Positions 57,414 to 64,000 of a stretch of 64,000 nucleotides of DNA are shown one piece after another. Below the pieces are notes generated by a model, which was given only the letters and a program-made list of their open reading frames with translations, had not been told where the DNA came from and ran no database searches. How positions within the stretch are numbered: the first letter of the stretch is position 1; each line of letters opens with the position of its first letter. Origin of the DNA: Salinivirgaceae bacterium (GTDB lineage: Bacteria; Bacteroidota; Bacteroidia; Bacteroidales; SZUA-534); NCBI GenBank assembly GCA_024405635.1, contig JAKSOL010000001.1:64001-128000 (forward strand), read 5' to 3'. The position numbers and the translations under genes were made by a program.

Positions 57414-57977
57414 TTAATTTGGGGCTTCTAAATGTAGTTCGGTAATTAGTTTTTCAATCAAGTTGTTGCGCGATCGCATTTCGCTTAACCTTTCAAGTGG
57501 TGTTTTTTCGTAGTCTATGATAGGGCGTTTTCCTAGTGCTGATACGCAGAACTGAAGTTTTATGTTGTCATTTTTAAGTTCGCGACGTAAGGTCGTTTGC
57601 AAGTGCTGCAACACGTTTTTGTCCATGTAGTCTTTGTAGAACGATGTTTCAACGTAAAATGTTAATTGTGTTCCTAATGTAATAGTAGGTGCTTGATTTT
57701 CAAGAATTTGACCTAAATGTGGTAGGTTTTTCTTTATATGACGAGCATACTCAATCCACACTTCGTGTAGTCGTTCGGCTTCAAAACTATTGTTTTGTAT
57801 TGTTCCAGTATCTTGAGTTGATTCTGTTTTTTTGCCAATTTGGTTCAGCTTTGGGGTTGGCTGGTATCCTGTGTACACAGCGGGCCCCGTTTTCTTTTGG
57901 CTTATTGTAATGTTAGGTCTTCGATGTGTTGAGTTTGAAGCATTGGCGTTTGGCCCTATAATATTTAGTTCGGCCAT
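57414..57977 (-). CDS. dnaX: C-terminal (tau-specific) part of DnaX, in the -1 frame
   Basis: Frame is open upstream to the A11 run ([20 protein letters not shown]). Ends ...[22 protein letters not shown], like DnaX C-termini. Confidence 0.7.
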   Translation of the reverse strand: MAELNIIGPNANASNSTHRRPNITISQKKTGPAVYTGYQPTPKLNQIGKKTESTQDTGTIQNNSFEAERLHEVWIEYARHIKKNLPHLGQILENQAPTITLGTQLTFYVETSFYKDYMDKNVLQHLQTTLRRELKNDNIKLQFCVSALGKRPIIDYEKTPLERLSEMRSRNNLIEKLITELHLEAPN

Positions 57978-58006
57978 TCGTTTTTGTCGCCATGCTAATT
58001 GTTTGG

Positions 58007-59125
58007 CTAAACGTCGTTCTCTTTTTTTTTTTCAGCCTTCAAGTTGCACAAACCAATAAGAGCCAACTCAACTACCAAGCGTTTGTTTTGTGTGCTACGG
58101 TAGTTTATCTCAGCATCGTTTAGGGTTCTTAGAGCATCAAAAATGAACCAAGGTTCGCATTTTTGAGTTTGTTCAAGGTATTTGGCGCGAGTGCTATCGC
58201 CTGCTTCAATCAATTTTACAGTGCGCTCGTCTTTTGATACTAGCAAGTCGCGAAAATGTTTGCTCAAGCCCGAAAGAAATACTTGACCATCAAAACCTTT
58301 TTCAAGCACATCGTTGTATATGTCGAGGCATGTGTGAGAGTTTTCGTCAATTGCGGCATCAACAACCTTGAAAAAGTAATCGTAGTCTAGTACATTGAGG
58401 TTCGCAATGGCTTTTTCGTAAGTTATTTCGTTGCCCGAAAAGCTAACTATTTGGTCAAAAATTGACAATGCATCGCGCATTGCGCCATCGGCCTTTTGTG
58501 CTATTATATTAAGAGCCTCAGGGTCGGCTGTAACACCTTCGCATTTAGCAACATATTCAAGATGTTTTGCTGCATCGGCTATTGTTATACGACCAAAGGT
58601 AAATACTTGGCAGCGCGATAATATGGTTGGCAACACTTTGTGTTTTTCGGTTGTTGCCATAATAAATACTGCATGTTGTGGTGGCTCTTCAAGTGTTTTC
58701 AAAAACGCATTAAAGGCGGCTGTGGTAAGCATGTGCACCTCATCGATAATGTACACGCTGTAGTTGCCTATTTGTGGTTTTACGCGCACTTGGTCTATCA
58801 ACGATCGAATGTCGTCAACTGAGTTGTTTGATGCAGCATCAAGTTCGTGAATATTGTATGAACGGTCTTGGTTAAATGCCATGCACGACTCGCATTCGTT
58901 GCAAGGCTCCATGTTGGCGGTTGGATTTAGACAATTTATTGTTTTGGCAAAAATGCGGGCGCATGTGGTTTTTCCAACACCGCGTGGGCCACAAAACAAG
59001 TAGGCATGTGCCATGTGTTTGTTCTGAATGGCGTTTTTTAGAGTGGTGGTAATTGCACTTTGACCAACAACACTTTCAAATGTTGTGGGGCGATATTTTC
59101 GTGCTGAAACAATAAACTCGTTCAT
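58007..59125 (-). CDS. dnaX: DNA polymerase III subunit gamma/tau, zero-frame (gamma-like) product of 372 aa
   Basis: ARKYRP, GPRGVGKTT, zinc cysteines, ELDAAS, IIDEVHML and TILSRC motifs. Confidence 0.97.
   Translation of the reverse strand: MNEFIVSARKYRPTTFESVVGQSAITTTLKNAIQNKHMAHAYLFCGPRGVGKTTCARIFAKTINCLNPTANMEPCNECESCMAFNQDRSYNIHELDAASNNSVDDIRSLIDQVRVKPQIGNYSVYIIDEVHMLTTAAFNAFLKTLEEPPQHAVFIMATTEKHKVLPTILSRCQVFTFGRITIADAAKHLEYVAKCEGVTADPEALNIIAQKADGAMRDALSIFDQIVSFSGNEITYEKAIANLNVLDYDYFFKVVDAAIDENSHTCLDIYNDVLEKGFDGQVFLSGLSKHFRDLLVSKDERTVKLIEAGDSTRAKYLEQTQKCEPWFIFDALRTLNDAEINYRSTQNKRLVVELALIGLCNLKAEKKKENDV
58022..58032 (-). promoter_or_regulatory. A11 slippery run (candidate recoding site) in dnaX
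   Basis: gct gaa aaa aaa aaa gag; one extra A or a -1 shift fuses the two ORFs. Confidence 0.7.
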
Positions 59126-59198
59126 AATTCTTGTTGTAACTCCACAAATATAAATAAAGCCTTATTTCTGCCGCGTAATACTTTTTAACAATTTAACA

Positions 59199-60488
59199 TC
59201 ATTTTACTTTCAGTAGTTCGTTCCAATTGGTTGTGTAACGCTCTGAAAGGTGTTCGCGGCGCAAGTTATTGTTAAAAAGTGGTTGGGTATTGTCGTTATT
59301 TGGTTCCGATAGTTGTGCTGCAAGGCAAATTGTGTCGCGACCGTTTGCTTTGTTTATGCTGTCGATAAGTGCCGATAGTCGGTTGTCTTTGTCGCGTCGG
59401 TTTTGATTTTCGTCAAACATCGATGTTTGAATGGCATTGGCAGGGCTTATGTCGCATAGCACAACTCCAGCTTTTTTGTACTGAACGCCTTTTTTGAAAA
59501 TCTTATGCAGCGCCAAACTGGCGGCCGATACAATTTCGTATGTGTTTGATGCAGCAACCTCAAGCATTTGTGTGCATGCGTTTGAGTATTGTTGCAGGTC
59601 GGTGCGGAATCGGTTTGAAGAAATAAAAACCATAACTGATTGTGCAGCACTATGTTGCTTGCGCAGTTTCATTGCACATTGAGCGGCAAAGTTGGCTATG
59701 TGGGTTTGCAGTTGCTCTTCGTTATCAACCATTTGTGCAAACGACCTCGATGTGCAAATGCTTTGTTTGTTGTCGCCTTTTTCAATGTCGATGCAGTCAA
59801 TGCCATTTAGTTCTTTCCATGTTTGGGCGAGTGGCAATCCAAATTCGCGGCGAATATCTTTTTCGTTTAGTCTTAGAAAATCGGCGGCGGTTACTATTCC
59901 TTTTTGTTTTAGCGTTGGAATGGTTCTGCGCCCAATTCCCCAAACATCTTCAATGGCAGTTAATTGCAACGCTTTCATTCGTTTTTCGTCGGTGTTTATT
60001 ATACATGCCGATTTGTAGCCTTTGAGTTTCTTGGCAAATTTGCATGCTACTTTTGCCAGTGTTTTGGTTGGTGCAATGCCAATGCTAACTGGTATTCCTG
60101 TTGATTGATGTATGTTTTTTGCTAACGCAACAGCTTTTGTGTGAGGGAGTTGCTGAAAGTTATCAATAGCAAAAAACGATTCGTCAATTGAGTAGGGAAT
60201 AATGTTGCCAATGGTGTTTGATAGTATGCTCATAACCCGGTGCGACATGTCGCCATATAGCACGTAGTTTGATGAGAATGCTGTTACTATGTTGTTTTTG
60301 TCGTGTTCTTTGAGTTGATAAAACGGCATGCCCATTGGAATGTTCATGGCTTTGGCCTCGTTGCTTCGCGACACAACACAACCGTCGTTGTTTGATAGCA
60401 CTACAACAGGTTTGTTGTTTAGTTCGGGCCTAAACACTCGTTCGCACGACACAAAAAAGTTGTTGCAATCAACCAATCCGTAGGGCAT
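59199..60488 (-). CDS. umuC: Y-family DNA polymerase V catalytic subunit
   Basis: DCNNFFVSCE, LSNNDGC, YSIDE, VWGIG and C-terminal LSERYTTNW motifs. Confidence 0.95.
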   Translation of the reverse strand: MPYGLVDCNNFFVSCERVFRPELNNKPVVVLSNNDGCVVSRSNEAKAMNIPMGMPFYQLKEHDKNNIVTAFSSNYVLYGDMSHRVMSILSNTIGNIIPYSIDESFFAIDNFQQLPHTKAVALAKNIHQSTGIPVSIGIAPTKTLAKVACKFAKKLKGYKSACIINTDEKRMKALQLTAIEDVWGIGRRTIPTLKQKGIVTAADFLRLNEKDIRREFGLPLAQTWKELNGIDCIDIEKGDNKQSICTSRSFAQMVDNEEQLQTHIANFAAQCAMKLRKQHSAAQSVMVFISSNRFRTDLQQYSNACTQMLEVAASNTYEIVSAASLALHKIFKKGVQYKKAGVVLCDISPANAIQTSMFDENQNRRDKDNRLSALIDSINKANGRDTICLAAQLSEPNNDNTQPLFNNNLRREHLSERYTTNWNELLKVK

Positions 60489-60508
60489 AGCAAATTATGT
60501 TCATTGGT

Positions 60509-60958
60509 TTAAATGCGCGAGTTGCGTTTTTTTATAGTATAGGTTACTATGCCCCAAACCATAAAGTCGCTTTCGGGCTGAACTTCAATGTCTTTGTAGG
60601 CTTTGTTTCCCGACACTAAAAATAGTTTTCCCTTGCGTTGACTGATAAACTTTAATGCAAATTCGCCATCAATAAAGCACACTGCCATGTCTCCGTTTTG
60701 TGGTTCAAGCGATTTGTCAACTACTAAAACATCGCCTTCGTCAATGCCTTCATCTTGCATTGAATTGCCAACCACGCGAGCATAAAATGTGCTTGCTGGG
60801 TGTCTTACAAGTTCACGGTTCAGGTCAATCGACTGTTCAGCATAGTCTTGCGCTGGACTAGGGAATCCTGCGTGTACATCGCTACCAGCCAATGGAATTG
60901 ACATGTACGATTGAGTTTCGGGCTCAAAAAATTCAATCTGGTTGTTTTGTGTGGCCAT
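60509..60958 (-). CDS. umuD: DNA polymerase V accessory subunit (S24 autopeptidase)
   Basis: AGFPSPA, GNSM, FALK and WGIV motifs. Confidence 0.93.
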   Translation of the reverse strand: MATQNNQIEFFEPETQSYMSIPLAGSDVHAGFPSPAQDYAEQSIDLNRELVRHPASTFYARVVGNSMQDEGIDEGDVLVVDKSLEPQNGDMAVCFIDGEFALKFISQRKGKLFLVSGNKAYKDIEVQPESDFMVWGIVTYTIKKRNSRI

Positions 60959-61014
60959 TTTATGTGTGTTTCAGTTGGCAAAGTAACCAATTTGTGTAGG
61001 CTTTTTATCTAAAT

Positions 61015-61050
61015 AAAAAAGCCAGCCTTAATTTTTTTAAAGCTGGCTTT
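61015..61050 (-). terminator. Intrinsic terminator after the sensor gene
   Basis: aaagccagc...gctggcttt. Confidence 0.7.
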
Positions 61051-61072
61051 GGAGTATTGTTTTGAGTTGTTG

Positions 61073-63754
61073 CTATTGTAACTTAATGGCAAACTCTTTA
61101 AGCTGCTTGTAGTGCTTAGGCAACCATTTGTAAATAATGTTGAGCAATGCGGCAACCGCTTTTGCTTTTCCGTTGTTGAATTGTTCTTGGCATTTTTTAA
61201 GTTCTTTTGTAATGTCTTGGTTTGCTTCAACATAATGAACCATTTCGGTATAGTTGTGCATCTTCATTGCATCTTCGGTTGAGCCAAAATGGTAAGACGT
61301 AAAGTCAATCAAGCTTTGTATTATTTCCTTTGTCTCTTTCTTTGATTTGCTCTTTTTGTACGATTCGCAAAGCTCATTTATCAAATAGAGTAGTTGTTGG
61401 TTTTGTCCGTCAAAATCGGGATTTCCGTTGTCGTAAGCAGGGTCCCAATGTTGTGGTTCTGGTTCTGGAATTTCGGGTTCTGATTCTGAAATTATTTTTG
61501 CCACATCGGTTTGGTTGTTGCTGCTTTGTGCTGCTTTTCCCAATTCAAGTTGCAAAGCCGAAACTTGCGATTCAAGTTCCATAATTCGCATCTCGTCGGC
61601 GCGTTGTTTGGTAATGTTTATAGCTACAAGATGCACTTTGTAAGGTTGACCGGTAAGGTCGTCAACTAGTGGAGAATAAAGTTCAAGCAACCATTCTTCG
61701 TTGTTGTTCATGGTTACATGAGCAGTTCTGTTTTGTGTTTTTCCGCGTTTTAGTTCGGCCCAAATGCGATTGTATTCAGGTAGGTCGGCGGTTGTAATAT
61801 TCATCACGTCTTTGTGCGATTTGCCAAGCAGTGCGCTCTCTGGTATACCAACCAAGTCGCAGAAGTTTTGGTTTGCGCTTAAGAAGTAACCATCAAGATC
61901 AAACTCGCAATTGTAGCCTAACGAACTGATAATGTTTATCATTTTCTCTGATTCGCGAGCTTTGCGGTCCGATTCTTCTTGTGTGGCTTGCAATTCTTCC
62001 ATGTTTTGTCGCATCTCTTCTTCTTGAGCAGCTAGCTCTTCTTTTTGGAACTGAGCGTTTTGTGCCATCAAAGCTGTGCGTTCAGCAGTTTTGGCTGTTG
62101 ATATGGTAGATGCAATGTTTTCGGCAAGTCGTTCAATAAAGTCAATTTTGTAGTTGTCAATAGGTTGGAATGATGCCAACTCAATAATACCAAACACTTC
62201 GTTGTTTATAACCAATGGTACAATAAGCAAAACAGATGCAGTAGCTTCGCCTAAACCTGAAGTTATTGTAATGTATCCTTGTGGGACGTCGGTCATGTAA
62301 ATGGTTTTACGCTCGTATGCGCAACGACCAATTAAATCTTCGCCAACGCGGAATTGCTTTTGCATGAATTTGCGGCGGTCGTATGCGATGGCCGAAGTCA
62401 TATCGTAAACTTCGTCGTTGGTTTCTTCGTCAACATTTTTGATATAGAAAGCACCTTGGTTTACTCCAACGTATTCAATCAAGTTTTTCAAAATGTTGTA
62501 TGAAAGGTCTTTGATGTTGTTGTTGCCATTGTCGGCATGTAGCACGTTTCCTAGTTTAGCTAATCCCGATGTTGCCCAGTTTACTTTGTCGTCTTCAATC
62601 TTGCGGCGTTCTGCTTCTTCGCGGTTCGATTGTAGGTTAGCGCGCATCTCTAGTAGCGAGTTTCCAAGTGTGTCGACTTCGCTTAATGGGGTAAATTGGG
62701 CATCAAGGTTGCCGGTTCCAATTTGGTTGGCAAATTCGGTAGTGTCTTTCAGTCCGTTAAGTAACTTGTCTAGGGCAATGTGAATTTTTTCAATGTCGCT
62801 ACTTGCAGCTGCTATAGTTATTTGAGCATTGTTTACATCGCCAAGGGCAAGTTTATTGAGCGATTCGGTAAGTTCTTTGATTGGTGCAATAATTTTGTTT
62901 GCGGTTAACCAAACTAAAAGAGTGATGGCAAATGCGCCAATGATGGATAGTAGTACAACAACTTTTGATGCTTTGTTTGCGTTGTTTAGTACAGCACCTT
63001 TGTTGTATGTGGTGCATAGTGTCCAATATTTTCCTTTGCTATATTCAATTGGAGTTACACGCATCATTACGTTGCCCATTCCTTGAACGTGTCCGGTAAA
63101 GTCAAATTGTTTGTCGGTGCCAATGTTGGCAGAAAGGTTGGAGGCTTCGTCAAGAGCGGGTAATACTTCTGAAACTGTAAGCCCGCATTGTAGAGGCGAT
63201 GTGCTCCAGAAAATTACATTATCGCTCGATACTAAAAAAGCAAGGTTCTCGCCACAAGTTTCGGTCAATTTTGCTTTAAGAGTGTCTAGTTGTATGGTTG
63301 CGGTGATGGCTCCAATAAAGTAGTCGTCCTCGGTAAGTGGTGATGCAATGTTGAGTGATGTTGTTGTTGTCTCAACGCGTGGTGCTGATACTTCAACAAA
63401 ATCAGATTCAAGCATTATCCAGTTTTCTTTAATTGATTTAAAGTTTGGGTGCTTGTTTAGTAATTGCTTATCAATGTTCATCAAGTTGTATGAGCGGTCG
63501 TCTTCGTCTTCAAATTGAAAATGGCTATATGAATGTGCCAATGTTCCAATAATGGCTTTGGCGTTTGATAGTTCAGCATTGATAAGTTCGCTACAGTTTG
63601 CTGTTATTGCTGAAAGTTGGTCCTTTTGTGTGGTTTTTACCATCTTCAGAATATTGGCATTGCTGTAAACTGCCATTACCAAAAATACTACTAACGATGT
63701 TGCTGCTGCGTAGAGCAGCATTTGTGCTTTGATTGATAGTTTTCTTGACTTCAT
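61073..63754 (-). CDS. Membrane sensor: Cache-like periplasmic domain, HAMP, GAF, coiled coil, PAS and degenerate hemerythrin-like domain
   Basis: Two TM segments; GAF LIGRCAYE...LLIVPL...GIIELAS; QEEEMRQNMEELQATQEE; PAS FDLDGYFLSANQNF; C-terminal W..AYDNG...DGQN...YHF...WLPKH. Confidence 0.85.
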   Translation of the reverse strand: MKSRKLSIKAQMLLYAAATSLVVFLVMAVYSNANILKMVKTTQKDQLSAITANCSELINAELSNAKAIIGTLAHSYSHFQFEDEDDRSYNLMNIDKQLLNKHPNFKSIKENWIMLESDFVEVSAPRVETTTTSLNIASPLTEDDYFIGAITATIQLDTLKAKLTETCGENLAFLVSSDNVIFWSTSPLQCGLTVSEVLPALDEASNLSANIGTDKQFDFTGHVQGMGNVMMRVTPIEYSKGKYWTLCTTYNKGAVLNNANKASKVVVLLSIIGAFAITLLVWLTANKIIAPIKELTESLNKLALGDVNNAQITIAAASSDIEKIHIALDKLLNGLKDTTEFANQIGTGNLDAQFTPLSEVDTLGNSLLEMRANLQSNREEAERRKIEDDKVNWATSGLAKLGNVLHADNGNNNIKDLSYNILKNLIEYVGVNQGAFYIKNVDEETNDEVYDMTSAIAYDRRKFMQKQFRVGEDLIGRCAYERKTIYMTDVPQGYITITSGLGEATASVLLIVPLVINNEVFGIIELASFQPIDNYKIDFIERLAENIASTISTAKTAERTALMAQNAQFQKEELAAQEEEMRQNMEELQATQEESDRKARESEKMINIISSLGYNCEFDLDGYFLSANQNFCDLVGIPESALLGKSHKDVMNITTADLPEYNRIWAELKRGKTQNRTAHVTMNNNEEWLLELYSPLVDDLTGQPYKVHLVAINITKQRADEMRIMELESQVSALQLELGKAAQSSNNQTDVAKIISESEPEIPEPEPQHWDPAYDNGNPDFDGQNQQLLYLINELCESYKKSKSKKETKEIIQSLIDFTSYHFGSTEDAMKMHNYTEMVHYVEANQDITKELKKCQEQFNNGKAKAVAALLNIIYKWLPKHYKQLKEFAIKLQ

Positions 63755-63857
63755 TTCTCTTTTAGTTAAAAGGGTGTGCACCCGACAAACAAAGTGCTAT
63801 TTTAAGAAAAAAAGAGAAATGCGATAGTGTTTTTCTGAAAAATGATTTGATTGCAAA

Positions 63858-63895
63858 TAAAAAACGCTCTTAAAGAATGTCTCTAAGAGCGTTTT
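63858..63895 (-). terminator. Intrinsic terminator
   Basis: aaaacgctctta...taagagcgtttt. Confidence 0.75.
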
Positions 63896-63914
63896 GGTAT
63901 CAACCTTGACTGGG

Positions 63915-64000
63915 TTATTTGTTTGTTAGCACAATTTGGCCGTTTTGTCCACTAATGTTAATGGTCTTGTCTTTGTTAACGTCTCCGCTGATTATTGCGG
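63915..64000 (-). CDS. 3' end of a gene running in from beyond the window, possibly ClpB
   Basis: AIISGDVNKDKTINISGQNGQIVLTNK* resembles Clp ATPase C-termini; followed by a terminator. Only 27 codons are visible. Confidence 0.45.
   Translation of the reverse strand, partial: AIISGDVNKDKTINISGQNGQIVLTNK

Noticed and set aside
57414-57977. Independent hypothetical gene
   Set aside because: Better explained as the frameshifted C-terminal part of dnaX, although separate initiation at ATG 57977 cannot be excluded.
59199-60958. umuDC as a marker of a prophage or ICE
   Set aside because: No integrase, transfer or phage genes and no att-like repeats are seen; the flanks look like host genes.

Overview
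A 64-kb chromosomal segment from a Bacteroidota genome, probably Bacteroidales/Marinilabiliales-like. This rests on TAnnTTTG promoter motifs, A-rich starts without Shine-Dalgarno sequences, a T9SS C-terminal sorting domain and signal peptides followed by Gln. Most of the window is housekeeping or metabolic: an RND efflux operon with AraC regulator, a 2261-aa T9SS cargo protein, truA, cca, rluB, ftsK-lolA, an S41 protease, GH27, fmt, glgB plus GH13, a class I fumarase, dnaX, umuDC and a GAF/PAS sensor. Two accessory regions stand out. (1) 1-5060 is a tightly coupled operon encoding a non-canonical Hsp70, a HEPN-motif protein, a decayed membrane Sel1 protein, a kinase(HNE)-AAA fusion and a TerB-like protein; it is a candidate defence/stress system. 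(2) 34410-41355 is an array of orphan Rhs toxin-tip/immunity cassettes with no integrase, bracketed by 53-bp direct repeats. One cassette carries an 84-bp, frame-preserving, highly structured insertion in the conserved DMN|GR Rhs motif. Also notable are a dnaX split by an A11 run whose -1 frame restores a 570-aa tau, a three-stem pseudoknot-like element after the efflux operon, a GH16 lacking both catalytic glutamates, and a sensor ending in a degenerate hemerythrin. No tRNA, rRNA, CRISPR array or transposase was recognised. All protein assignments come from motif recognition by eye; no database searches were run.
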